In this document: positions 9,142 through 17,952 of the stretch, piece after piece
How the letters are laid out: every line of letters starts with the position of its first letter
Numbering within the stretch: position 1 is the first letter of the stretch
Virus genome (UHGV): UHGV-0094207
Reading direction: 5' to 3' (one strand)
Origin: a virus
DNA: 41,135 bases
Notes under the pieces: model-generated
Told to the model about the DNA's origin: nothing
The model's database searches: none
The model's input: the letters and a program-made list of their open reading frames with translations, nothing else
Translations under genes and position numbers: made by a program

Positions 9142-9313
9142 TCCGCATGAGCAGTTTAACGGCTTTTGACCGTCTACCGCAACTAAGGATGATCCCGGTT
9201 TCGGGTACTCCGTTGTTTCGGTATGAACGCAGATTATCAAACCGCTTGGTTCCGTGTAACCACAGTAGGGCGGTTTCAATTGTGGGGGTCTACAACCGGA
9301 GGGCAAAACGCCT

Positions 9314-9499
9314 GTGCGCGAACTTAACCGAAGGTTCAAAGACAACCGCGGAGTGCCAGTCCGTGTTATTCGCTGGGAGCCAGAAACACAGCGCGTTATC
9401 TATCTGCGTGATGGCTACCCGCACGAATGCTTCAGCCCACTTGAGCATTTCAGGCAAAAGTTCAGGGAGATAACGGACGACCATGAGCCAGATATTTGA
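9314..9499 (+). CDS. Hypothetical small basic protein
   Basis: 61 aa with GTG start; ends 17 nt into the O-like gene; weak support. Confidence 0.25.
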   Translation: MRELNRRFKDNRGVPVRVIRWEPETQRVIYLRDGYPHECFSPLEHFRQKFREITDDHEPDI

Positions 9500-10505
9500 A
9501 ATCGTTCAATCACTGTCGGGGCAAAGGAATTGCATCACCATTCCGGTCCCGTACCTAGATTATTTCTCCGGCGATCAGCAGGCGCATGCTTTGGGTGCTG
9601 TGCTAAACCAGCTTGTGTTCTGGTCCGGTAAATCAGACCTGAATGATGGCTGGTTTTACAAAGAACACAGTGAGCTGGCGGCAGAGATTCGCGGCGTGAG
9701 TGAAGATCAGGTGCAGCGTCTGGTAAACAAGATTTGTACCCGATGGTTACCAGGGGTTGTTGAGAAGGCCCAGCGACAGGTAAACGGCACTAAAAAGACG
9801 CATTACCGTATCAATGGCGAAGCTCTAATCAACGTTTTATTCCCGGTAACGCTGGATTCCGCAGAATCGCGGAACGGGAAACGTGAAGTCGCGGAACCCA
9901 TTCCGCAGAATCACGGAACCGAAAACGTAGAACCGCGGAACCCTAACCGCGAAGTCGCGGAACCTATTCTCTATACAGATCATTACTCAGATCACCACAA
10001 ACAGATCAGTAACCCTTCTTGTCCGGAAGCTTCGCAACCGGACGCTGAAAGTTCATCTCCTGTTGAACAGTTTCTTGCTAAACATCCTGAAGCAGTGACC
10101 TGGAATGTACCGAAGCGGCAGTGGGGCAGTCAGGATGATTTGACTTGTGCGGAATACCTATGGGTAAAAATCATCGCGATGTACGAGCAGGCCGCTGAAA
10201 GTGACGGTGAAGTAGTCCGACCTAAAGAGCCTAATTGGGCATCCTGGGCAAACGAAGTGCGCCTGATGGTGGCGCAGGACGGCAGAACGCATAAGCAAAT
10301 TTGCGCACTCTTCAAACGAGCTAATCAGGATTCCTTCTGGTGCAAAAACGTCCTCAGCCCTTCAAAACTTCGCGAAAAGTGGGACGAATTAAGTCTGAAG
10401 CTTTCCGTGTCCATGAAACAGCCTACAGGTGATTCACCAGTAGCACGGGCCAGTTATCAGACCGTTGATTACTCACTGCCAGAAAATTCGGGGTTCCGCT
10501 CATGA
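9483..10505 (+). CDS. Replication initiator (lambda O-like) containing the iteron origin
   Basis: 340 aa. N-terminal 'NQLVFWSGKSDLNDGWFYKEHSELAAEI' resembles the O-protein N-domain; a central repetitive linker 'REVAEPIPQNHGTENVEPRNPNREVAEPI' is encoded by the iterons. Confidence 0.65.
   Translation: MSQIFEIVQSLSGQRNCITIPVPYLDYFSGDQQAHALGAVLNQLVFWSGKSDLNDGWFYKEHSELAAEIRGVSEDQVQRLVNKICTRWLPGVVEKAQRQVNGTKKTHYRINGEALINVLFPVTLDSAESRNGKREVAEPIPQNHGTENVEPRNPNREVAEPILYTDHYSDHHKQISNPSCPEASQPDAESSSPVEQFLAKHPEAVTWNVPKRQWGSQDDLTCAEYLWVKIIAMYEQAAESDGEVVRPKEPNWASWANEVRLMVAQDGRTHKQICALFKRANQDSFWCKNVLSPSKLREKWDELSLKLSVSMKQPTGDSPVARASYQTVDYSLPENSGFRS
9856..9970. repeat. Candidate replication-origin iterons
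   Basis: Two 44-bp tandem copies (attccgcagaatc[g/a]cggaac...cgcggaaccc) plus a partial third; six CGCGGAAC-like cores in total. Confidence 0.6.
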
Positions 10506-11380
10506 TGCCAAATAAATATTGCCAGGCGCTGGCAGAACTGCGCAGTAAACCAGCTCACGAATTGAAAGAAGTTGGAGATCAGTGGAGGACACCGGATCTG
10601 CTTTTCTGGGGGATCAACGCGTTATTTGGCCCATTAGTCCTGGACTTGTTCGCTGACGACGACAACGCGAAGTGCCCGGCATGGTACACCGCCGAAGATA
10701 ACGCGCTGACACAGAACTGGTCTGAACGTCTGGATGAACTGGGCGGCGCGGCGTTTGCCAACCCTCCATATAGCCGCTCGCAGTATCACGACAAGCAGGC
10801 GATCACGGGTATGACACACATCATGAATCACACCATGGACATGCGTGAAAGAGGTGGTCGCTATATTTACCTGGTGAAGTCTGCCACAAGTGAAACATGG
10901 TGGCCGGAAGATGCCGATCACATCATGTTTATTCGTGGTCGTATTGGGTTCGATCTGCCTGTGTGGTTTGTACCTGCTGACGAAAAACAGAAACCCACCA
11001 GCGCGTTTTTTGCCGGTGCCATAGCTGTATTCGACAAGTCATGGCGTGGTGAGCGGTTCAGCTATATCAACCGCACAGAACTGGAGGCAAAAGGTCGGGC
11101 ATTTATGGCGCTGGCTCAATTCGCTGTTGGTAAAGAGCAAACCATTGCAGTGCGGACAGCCCAGGAACCTGTAATGCCATTAGAAACTGAGTCACGAATC
11201 TGGCCTCTAGAGGTTGGTCTGGTGTTTAACCAGGTGGAAGGCGTTGACGTATTGAGCGAGGCTCAGCAGAACAAGCTGAAAGCCAACATCAATCAACTCT
11301 GGCTGGAACGAACGGCCACCAGCGAAATCATTACTGTTGCTTCTGAACTTGTTCGCAATATGCGGGGAGAGATCGCGTGA
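10502..11380 (+). CDS. Phage Dam-type DNA N6-adenine methyltransferase
   Basis: 292 aa. 'DQWRTPDLLF' and the catalytic 'FANPPYS' (NPPY) motif. Confidence 0.7.
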   Translation: MMPNKYCQALAELRSKPAHELKEVGDQWRTPDLLFWGINALFGPLVLDLFADDDNAKCPAWYTAEDNALTQNWSERLDELGGAAFANPPYSRSQYHDKQAITGMTHIMNHTMDMRERGGRYIYLVKSATSETWWPEDADHIMFIRGRIGFDLPVWFVPADEKQKPTSAFFAGAIAVFDKSWRGERFSYINRTELEAKGRAFMALAQFAVGKEQTIAVRTAQEPVMPLETESRIWPLEVGLVFNQVEGVDVLSEAQQNKLKANINQLWLERTATSEIITVASELVRNMRGEIA

Positions 11381-11763
11381 AATTGGTCCTGCCTTTTCCT
11401 CCGAGCGTGAACTCTTACTGGCGCGCCCCTAACAAGGGGCCGCTGGCCGGTCGTCACCTCATTAGCGCTGATGGCCGCAAATACCAGAGCGCTGCCTGCA
11501 TGGCGATCATTGAACAATTACGACGTCTCCCGAAGCCATCGACTGAACTGGCAGCGGTAGAAATCACTCTGTACCCGCCGGATGCGCGCCGCCGGGATAT
11601 CGATAATTACAACAAAGCCCTGTTTGACGCGCTGACGCATGCGGGTGTCTGGGAAGACGACAGCCAGATTAAGCGCATGCTGGTGGAATGGGGACCCGTA
11701 GTGCCGAAAGGGCGGGTAGAGATAACGATCAGCAGATATGAACCGGCGGGTGCAGCCGCCTGA
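11377..11763 (+). CDS. rusA: RusA-family Holliday-junction resolvase
   Basis: 128 aa. 'PFPPSVNSYWR' and 'RRRDIDNYNKALFDALTHAGVWEDDSQI' match the RusA pattern. Confidence 0.85.
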   Translation: MKLVLPFPPSVNSYWRAPNKGPLAGRHLISADGRKYQSAACMAIIEQLRRLPKPSTELAAVEITLYPPDARRRDIDNYNKALFDALTHAGVWEDDSQIKRMLVEWGPVVPKGRVEITISRYEPAGAAA

Positions 11764-11776
11764 TATGGAGAAAAGT

Positions 11777-12463
11777 ATGAGCCAGTTAATCGTGAATGGT
11801 GTAGTAACAATGTCCAGCCGTGATATTGCGGATCTGGTTCAGAGTAAACACAGTGACGTGAAACGCTCGGCTGAGCGTCTTGTTGCTGCGGGAATTTTAA
11901 CCGCGCCATTGGCGCAGTTCGATTTTGAGCATAACGGTAATGTGTACCAGGAGTATCGTTTTAACAAACGCGACTCTCTGGTGATTGTTGCCAGATTATC
12001 ACCTGAATTTACCGCCGCGGTCGTCGATCGCTGGCAGGAACTGGAAGAAGGACAGAGTGTCAGTGTTCCGCGCTCATTACCGGAAGCGCTTCGCCTGGCT
12101 GCTGATTTAGCCGAGCAGAAAGAGCAACTGACCATCCAACTGGCAGCCGCGGCGCCAAAAGTGGAGTTTGTTGATCGTTATTGCTCTGCAAAAGGCTCCA
12201 TGTCATTCCGGCAGGTAGCCAAATTGCTTAACGCAAAAGAAACTGAGTTTCGTCTGTTCCTTATTGAACGCAATATCCTGTATCGCCTCGGCGGCACACT
12301 TACCCCCATGGCGCAGCACATTTCCGCGGGAAGATTTGAAGTTAAGACGGGAACATCGAGCACATCCAATCACGCATTCAGCCAGACGCGTTTCACTGCC
12401 AGGGGAGTACGCTGGATTGGTGGTTTGTGGGCTGAACATATTGCAGGGGGGCAGGCGGCGTGA
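11777..12463 (+). CDS. Rha-family phage regulatory protein, possible antirepressor C-terminal domain
   Basis: Start at 'MSQLIVNG' with GGAG 6 nt upstream; N-terminal 'SSRDIADLVQSKHSDVKRSAERL' is Rha-like. Confidence 0.55.
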   Translation: MSQLIVNGVVTMSSRDIADLVQSKHSDVKRSAERLVAAGILTAPLAQFDFEHNGNVYQEYRFNKRDSLVIVARLSPEFTAAVVDRWQELEEGQSVSVPRSLPEALRLAADLAEQKEQLTIQLAAAAPKVEFVDRYCSAKGSMSFRQVAKLLNAKETEFRLFLIERNILYRLGGTLTPMAQHISAGRFEVKTGTSSTSNHAFSQTRFTARGVRWIGGLWAEHIAGGQAA

Positions 12464-13455
12464 GGGCTTTGTTAACTCCTGAAGTCGCCCATCGCATGGG
12501 GATTGTGTTGTTTCGTCCCGGCGCGGAACTGATGCACCTCTTTATGCGCGGTCGCGTTCTGCTCGAGCCTGAACCAGAAGAAATGGCGTCATTCAGTACA
12601 GGAGCTGTTCCCGCCGCCATTCAGCCGCTGGCTGATGATCCGGTAATGCGGCAGGTCTTCGGGAATGAGCGGGTTATTCAGCGTGCCGGCGGGCTTCCTT
12701 CCCTTGAGCAATGGTTGAGTAATCGATTTGAATGCCAGTGGCCACATTCAACGTGGCACGACAAGAACTTCACAACAATGCGGCACCCACCAGGAAGTAT
12801 TCGCCTGTGCTGGCATTGCGATCACACTTTGTCGGGGCAGCATACCGAACAGCTTGCAGGTATAGCGGCAGGAAACCTGGTATCCTGGATTCTGGAAGTC
12901 ATTCTGCGTGATTCTGGTTTTCCCGAGTCGCATATCCTGACGCTTCCGGAACTGTGCTGGTGGATGGTCAGAAACGACCTGGCTGATGTTATGCCGGAAA
13001 GCGTTGCGCACAAGGGGCTACGCCTTCCGGATGAGAAGATCCGCTCGGTCATGAGGGAAAGCGACATTGTGCCTTCCGCTTCTGCAACCAGCCTCGTGCA
13101 GGAGAAGGCGAAGAAGATCCTCACGCTCTCTGTTGATCCGGAATCTCCAGAATCTTTCATGCTCAGGCCAAAGCGACGCCGCTGGATAAATGAGACGTAC
13201 ACCCGCTGGGTTAAAACACAACCCTGTGAGTGTTGCCGACGGCCAGCAGATGATCCGCACCATATCGTAGGGCATGGTATGGGTGGTACAGCAACAAAAG
13301 CCCATGACCTCTTCGTGATCCCTCTGTGCAGAGAGTGCCACGACGAGTTACACGCCGATGTACCGGCATTCGAGCAGAAGCATGGTACGCAGCTTGAGCT
13401 GCTACTGCGTTTTATGGATCGGGCGCTGGCGATCGGCGTAATTGCGAAAGCTTAA
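12460..13455 (+). CDS. DUF968/YdfU-like protein with C-terminal Cys/His cluster
   Basis: 331 aa. C-terminal 'CECCRRPADDPHHIVGHGMGG...PLCRECHDELH' metal-binding-like cluster; sits before Q as in other lambdoid prophages. Confidence 0.5.
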   Translation: MRALLTPEVAHRMGIVLFRPGAELMHLFMRGRVLLEPEPEEMASFSTGAVPAAIQPLADDPVMRQVFGNERVIQRAGGLPSLEQWLSNRFECQWPHSTWHDKNFTTMRHPPGSIRLCWHCDHTLSGQHTEQLAGIAAGNLVSWILEVILRDSGFPESHILTLPELCWWMVRNDLADVMPESVAHKGLRLPDEKIRSVMRESDIVPSASATSLVQEKAKKILTLSVDPESPESFMLRPKRRRWINETYTRWVKTQPCECCRRPADDPHHIVGHGMGGTATKAHDLFVIPLCRECHDELHADVPAFEQKHGTQLELLLRFMDRALAIGVIAKA

Positions 13456-14166
13456 GTGTATGGAGCGCAAAGAAGCATGAATCAACAAGACCTGAATTTT
13501 GTCAGAATAGAATTGCGCCGCGCGCTACCTGACCTCTCTGGGGGAACAAAAGGGCAGCTTGAGGCTTTCAGTGAACACCCACCAGCAGATAAAAATGCCA
13601 CCCCGCGCCGTGGAATTCATCTCGTCGAACTCGAAGGAGATAAGGGGCCACGCTTTGTTAACTCGCTTTCCGCGCCACTGTATGTGCTGGAAACACGCAG
13701 CCGCCGTAGGCCAATGCCGCCGATAAAAGATGCGGAATTTGAGTCAGCGCCGTGGCGTAGGGCAGTGTCCGCGCTTAGTGGATACCAGCAGGCCTGGTTG
13801 CGGTACTGTTACGGTTTTGACCTTAGCTATAAGCACCAGGTGATGATGTGTGAATACGTCTGGAAAACTTATCAGAAATGCCTGGGTGATAATTCCCTTC
13901 AGGAGCGCGTAGTAAAGAAACTGATTGGCCTGGTATGGCTGGCAGGGCAGGAAATTGCCGCAACCAGAAATAATGAAACCTATAAAGACTATGCTGGTGC
14001 AGCGTTGGCCCGCATGGTTAGCGTTGACCGTTCGACATGGTTGCGTGTCTATTCAGGGCACTGGGCTGGGTTAAAGGCCGCTTTTACCCAGCTTGATGAA
14101 TCTGCGCTGGCCATGGCTCTTGAATACTATGAGGAAGAAGACGCCCTCAAAGTGGCAGAAATGTGA
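13456..14166 (+). CDS. Late-gene antiterminator Q
   Basis: 236 aa in the canonical position before the lysis cassette; GTG start in the ORF track, ATG 'MNQQD' at 13477 is an alternative. Confidence 0.65.
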   Translation: MYGAQRSMNQQDLNFVRIELRRALPDLSGGTKGQLEAFSEHPPADKNATPRRGIHLVELEGDKGPRFVNSLSAPLYVLETRSRRRPMPPIKDAEFESAPWRRAVSALSGYQQAWLRYCYGFDLSYKHQVMMCEYVWKTYQKCLGDNSLQERVVKKLIGLVWLAGQEIAATRNNETYKDYAGAALARMVSVDRSTWLRVYSGHWAGLKAAFTQLDESALAMALEYYEEEDALKVAEM

Positions 14167-14260
14167 AGTAAATTTCACTATCTCCTTCAAACGCGCTTGC
14201 AAAATGCAACAAAATAAGCCATATTTGAAGCATATTTGATATGTTGCCAAAGTTCTATAA

Positions 14261-14287
14261 ACCCGCCTGTGAGCGGGTTTTTCTTTA
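14261..14287 (+). terminator. Rho-independent terminator (tR'-like)
   Basis: acccgcctgtgagcgggt hairpin followed by tttttcttt. Confidence 0.7.
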
Positions 14288-14367
14288 ACCTCTTTTGGCA
14301 CTCAATCTACGTCAAAATCAATATGTTATAATTCCGCTGGTCAAAACAAGCCACCGGAGGCAGTGCT

Positions 14368-14607
14368 ATGAAAATCACATCTGTACATTTCGAAATTCTG
14401 CGTCGAGCAGATGCACTTGGTCCACGTGAAACAATTCAATCTTCTGATCTTCCTCACATTCCAGCGAAAACGGTAGATTTTGCCATTTCAGATCTTGCTG
14501 ATTTGGGATTGGTAAATGCTGTTCAAAGTAAGTCTGATGAAGGTGGGTGGATAGCGATTGAAATCACGTCAAAGGGTGATCGCTATTTAAATGAACTAGA
14601 GGCTTAA
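14368..14607 (+). CDS. Hypothetical small protein (moron between Q and lysis genes)
   Basis: 79 aa; GGAGG before the ATG; visibly AT-richer than neighbours; bracketed by two terminators. Confidence 0.45.
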   Translation: MKITSVHFEILRRADALGPRETIQSSDLPHIPAKTVDFAISDLADLGLVNAVQSKSDEGGWIAIEITSKGDRYLNELEA

Positions 14608-14642
14608 TTCACTCTCTAGTAAAACGCGGGACATAATCTATA

Positions 14643-14671
14643 GGCTGCCATTTGGCGGCCTTTTCTATTTC
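14643..14671 (+). terminator. Rho-independent terminator
   Basis: ggctgcc-attt-ggcggcc hairpin (one G-U pair) followed by ttttctatttc. Confidence 0.5.
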
Positions 14672-14772
14672 AGGCTCTGGGAATCACCCTTACTTTCACC
14701 TTTGCATAAGAGCCCAGAAGCCTGATCCTCCTTTCATCACACAGCGCCATCCGAACTATCGGAGGTGAGGCT

Positions 14773-15051
14773 ATGACCAGAATGAGCACCATTTACAGCA
14801 GACTTTCATATGGAACAGGAACCACGCTGACCGGCTGCGGTGTATCAGCGAAGGCATACGCCGAAACAGCTAAAACAGCAAAAGAGGTGTCCTGGATGTT
14901 GGCCGACAGAATTGCAGGGTTAAGCCTGAGCGACTGGGCAATTATTGTCGGTATCGCATGCACCGTTATTACCTGTGCAGTGAACTGGTATTTCCGCTGG
15001 AAAGAACGGGAGGATCGTCGCAATGGCTATGCCACAAAAGCTGAAGAATAA
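14773..15051 (+). CDS. Holin with dual-start motif
   Basis: 92 aa. Starts 'MTRM' (two Met separated by a basic residue); hydrophobic 'WAIIVGIACTVITCAVNWYF' segment then a charged tail 'RWKEREDRR'. Confidence 0.65.
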   Translation: MTRMSTIYSRLSYGTGTTLTGCGVSAKAYAETAKTAKEVSWMLADRIAGLSLSDWAIIVGIACTVITCAVNWYFRWKEREDRRNGYATKAEE

Positions 15052-15571
15052 ACTGAGCGCAGCTGTCGTTGGGTTAATTCTTGCCGGGGCTTCCGCACCC
15101 GTAATTCTCGATCAGTTTCTGGATGAGAAAGAGGGTAACAGCACAACAGCGTACAAGGACGGCTCTGGTATATGGACCATTTGTCGTGGCGCAACGATGG
15201 TTGATGGTAAGCCAGTAGTTCAGGGCATGAAGCTGCCTGCTGAGAAATGCGCTCAGGTAAATGCTATTGAACGCGATAAAGCGCTGGCGTGGGTTGACCG
15301 AAATATCAAAGTACCACTGACGGAACCACAGAAAGCGGGTATCGCTTCTTTCTGCCCATATAACATCGGCCCCGGAAAATGTTTCCCGTCTACGTTCTAT
15401 AAGCGAATTAATGCTGGCGACCGTAAAGGAGCCTGTGAAGCGATCCGCTGGTGGATAAAAGACGGTGGCCGCGATTGTCGCCTGACCAAAGGGCAGAAGA
15501 ATGGTTGTTATGGGCAGGTAGAAAGGCGAGACCAGGAAAGCGCGCTGGCTTGCTGGGGGATAGACCAGTGA
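15023..15571 (+). CDS. SAR endolysin (T4-lysozyme-like)
   Basis: 182 aa. N-terminal signal-anchor-like 'LSAAVVGLILAGASAPVIL'; catalytic spacing 'EGNSTTAYKDGSGIWT'. Confidence 0.8.
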   Translation: MAMPQKLKNKLSAAVVGLILAGASAPVILDQFLDEKEGNSTTAYKDGSGIWTICRGATMVDGKPVVQGMKLPAEKCAQVNAIERDKALAWVDRNIKVPLTEPQKAGIASFCPYNIGPGKCFPSTFYKRINAGDRKGACEAIRWWIKDGGRDCRLTKGQKNGCYGQVERRDQESALACWGIDQ

Positions 15572-16092
15572 ACAGAAGCCTCGTTATTGTTGGGATGGCA
15601 GCAATCATCTTCATCGCGGTGCTCTGTGTACTACTGGCGCGCAGCAATGCAGCGTTGACCACGTCAGAGAGTGACAACCGGATACTGCGCAACGATAACG
15701 CACTGCAGGCAACGGTGATAACTACCCAGGCGTTCAACTTCAACCGGTTTAACCAGGTAGCGGAGAACGCCAGTCGCCTGAACTCGCTGATTGATGCCGG
15801 AACCGAAAAGACCGTTATCGAATACCGGGAGATTCTTCGCCGTGAAAAAACCTGTGATCTGCCTGTTCCTGCTAATGTCGCTGGTGGGCTGCTCAACTAC
15901 GCGAACCGTTTACGTGCCAGCGCAATGCACCCCGATACCGGGGACACTGACGCAGCCGATGATAGTACCGCTGCCGCCAGCTCAATAACCTATTGTCAGG
16001 CCGTTCTCTGGATTCAATCATTACTTGCAGAGATAGAGAAGGGTAACAACCAACTGGCAGGGATTAGGGATATTGAGGAAGGGAGACATTAG
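15568..16092 (+). CDS. Rz-like i-spanin
   Basis: GTG start overlapping the endolysin stop; N-terminal TM 'LVIVGMAAIIFIAVLCVLL' then a periplasmic coiled-coil region. Confidence 0.65.
   Translation: MNRSLVIVGMAAIIFIAVLCVLLARSNAALTTSESDNRILRNDNALQATVITTQAFNFNRFNQVAENASRLNSLIDAGTEKTVIEYREILRREKTCDLPVPANVAGGLLNYANRLRASAMHPDTGDTDAADDSTAAASSITYCQAVLWIQSLLAEIEKGNNQLAGIRDIEEGRH
15842..15988 (+). CDS. Rz1-like o-spanin lipoprotein embedded in Rz (+1 frame)
   Basis: 'KKPVICLFLLMSLVGC' signal peptide with lipobox; Pro-rich mature part; entirely inside the Rz gene. The ORF-track start is 15791. Confidence 0.55.
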   Translation: MKKPVICLFLLMSLVGCSTTRTVYVPAQCTPIPGTLTQPMIVPLPPAQ

Positions 16093-16128
16093 AAATAGGG
16101 CCACTTAAAGGTAGCCCAAACGATTCGA

Positions 16129-16386
16129 TTAAGATTTAGAAAGTAGGGCTACAACTCTTTTATGTAACTCTTCTGCATAACCTTCATTTACTGGGTTTTC
16201 AAACTCCACAGGCGGCGCTGATTTAAAAGCTTTATCGTAGCTATCGCCAAGCATACCAGGCTGTTTGGCAAGGGAGTTCCAAGCTGTGGATATCGTGGTA
16301 ATAGCAATTCTTGCTGCATGCTGATCTAAAAGTAGCTCTTCAATAGTTTTTTCGAGTTCATCAATGCGTTTCTGCAGATCTGTCAT
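16129..16386 (-). CDS. Hypothetical small coiled-coil protein, antisense to the late operon
   Basis: 85 aa on the opposite strand between Rz and the glycosyltransferase gene; visibly AT-rich. Confidence 0.45.
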   Translation of the reverse strand: MTDLQKRIDELEKTIEELLLDQHAARIAITTISTAWNSLAKQPGMLGDSYDKAFKSAPPVEFENPVNEGYAEELHKRVVALLSKS

Positions 16387-16494
16387 GAAATTACCTCTAA
16401 AGGGTTGTGTAAATGAGCTGCGATTATATCATTTTGGTGTCAGCAAAAGTGATGTCCAGATAGGAGTCCTGAACCATTTTATTTTGGAGAAATT

Positions 16495-17952
16495 ATGCAG
16501 GTCACTATCGATGGTGTTCCATACGCGCCTGTCTGCAATTCGGTGTCACGCATAGGAATAGCAATCACAACGCATAATCGCCCTGACGTATTGAAGCGGA
16601 CACTGGCGCAGCATCATCAATTTTTACCGTCCGGCGCGCTCGTGGTTGTCATAGATGATGGTTCAAAACCTGCCGCAGTCGTTCCCGACGGCGTGCAGCT
16701 GCTTCGCAATGAAACATCCCTCGGCATTGTGGCCTCGAAAAACCGAAGCCTCGAAGCGCTGGTGGACGCCGGATGTGAGCATCTCTTCCTGTGGGATGAT
16801 GACGCATGGCCGGTTGCCGATAACTGGCACCTGCCTTACATCGAATCACCTGAGTCACACCTGGCTTACCAGTTTCTCGATCTGGCTGGTCCACGAAAGA
16901 TAAACGATATGACCGTCCTGCACCAGGATGATAAGCATATCGCTTACACCGGGCAGCGCGGTGTGATGCTGTACTACCACCGCAGCGCCATTGAGAAGGT
17001 TGGCGGATTCGATCCGGTATACGGTCGAGGCATGTATGAGCATCCTGATTTGGCGCTTCGGATTTATAACGCTGGCTTAACGTCCTGGGCGTTTGCTGAT
17101 GTGGTTGGCTCTGAAAAGCTGATTCACTCAATGGATGAATACGAAGAGGGCGCGCGCAGCATACCGAGGCCTGAACGTGAAGCGCTCTATAAAAAGAACG
17201 CTGTAATTTACGGGCAGCGCCGGGATTCAGGATATACAGGCTATGCCGAATATCGATCTCAGCGCGACGTGGTAATCACAACGTTGCTTACCAGCCAGCC
17301 AGACCCGCAGCGCGGTACGAAAATGGCGGCCGTATCAGACATGCTGACCAGGTGGGCTGCCTCGCTTCGGAATTGTGGCCGTATTGCGCTGGTGGATGAG
17401 CTGCAGACGGCATCGGCAGACGTTGAGTTGTATCGCGTCCCTGACGTGAAGATGAATGTCTACTTCCGGCGCTGGCTGCATATCTGGCAGCACCTGCGCG
17501 ATCACCCTGAATACCGGTTCGTCTGGTGTACCGATGGTACCGATGTCGAAATGCTCCGCGCACCGTGGGAAGAAATGCAGCCCGGGAATGTTTACGTCGG
17601 TTCTGAACCGAAGATCTACGCCGACACCTGGGCGAAACAGAATCATCCTGAGCGTATCTATCAGGAATTCATTGAAGCGCACCGCGGCGATGTGATGCTT
17701 AATGCTGGTCTTCTGGGAGGCACCCGCGCTGATGTGATGGCGTTCGCTCATGGCATCATCCGTCTTTACTACCGGATCGAGAGTTATCGTTTCTGGAAGA
17801 AAGAACAGGCTGGCGCAGCGGTGGGTGACATGCTGGCGTTCGGTATCGTTGCGCAGTCATTCGCTGACAGGTTGGTCACCGGCCCTCTGGTACATACCGT
17901 TTTCAAAACTGATGGTATCGGTAAGGAGGCAGCATGGTGGAAACACAAGTGA
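16495..17952 (+). CDS. Two-domain glycosyltransferase (N-terminal GT2/GT-A domain plus a second GT-A-like C-terminal domain)
   Basis: 485 aa. N-terminal 'GIAITTHNRPDVLKRTL...VVVIDDGS...LWDDDAWP...GGFDPVYGRGMYEHPDLALR' are GT2 hallmarks; C-terminal half has 'RFVWCTDGTDVEM'. Confidence 0.6.
   Translation: MQVTIDGVPYAPVCNSVSRIGIAITTHNRPDVLKRTLAQHHQFLPSGALVVVIDDGSKPAAVVPDGVQLLRNETSLGIVASKNRSLEALVDAGCEHLFLWDDDAWPVADNWHLPYIESPESHLAYQFLDLAGPRKINDMTVLHQDDKHIAYTGQRGVMLYYHRSAIEKVGGFDPVYGRGMYEHPDLALRIYNAGLTSWAFADVVGSEKLIHSMDEYEEGARSIPRPEREALYKKNAVIYGQRRDSGYTGYAEYRSQRDVVITTLLTSQPDPQRGTKMAAVSDMLTRWAASLRNCGRIALVDELQTASADVELYRVPDVKMNVYFRRWLHIWQHLRDHPEYRFVWCTDGTDVEMLRAPWEEMQPGNVYVGSEPKIYADTWAKQNHPERIYQEFIEAHRGDVMLNAGLLGGTRADVMAFAHGIIRLYYRIESYRFWKKEQAGAAVGDMLAFGIVAQSFADRLVTGPLVHTVFKTDGIGKEAAWWKHK

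Noticed and set aside
9856-9970. Possible CRISPR array
   Set aside because: The only regularly repeated DNA is the tandem iteron block inside the replication gene and short coding repeats; there are no spacer-separated direct repeats and no cas genes.
14287-14772. Toxin genes such as stx downstream of Q
   Set aside because: Only a 79-aa ORF is present in the Q-to-holin slot; nothing resembling an AB5 toxin.
15408-15896. 162-aa minus-strand ORF across the endolysin/Rz region
   Set aside because: Antisense to the lysis genes; the embedded Rz1 on the plus strand explains the second coding signal here.
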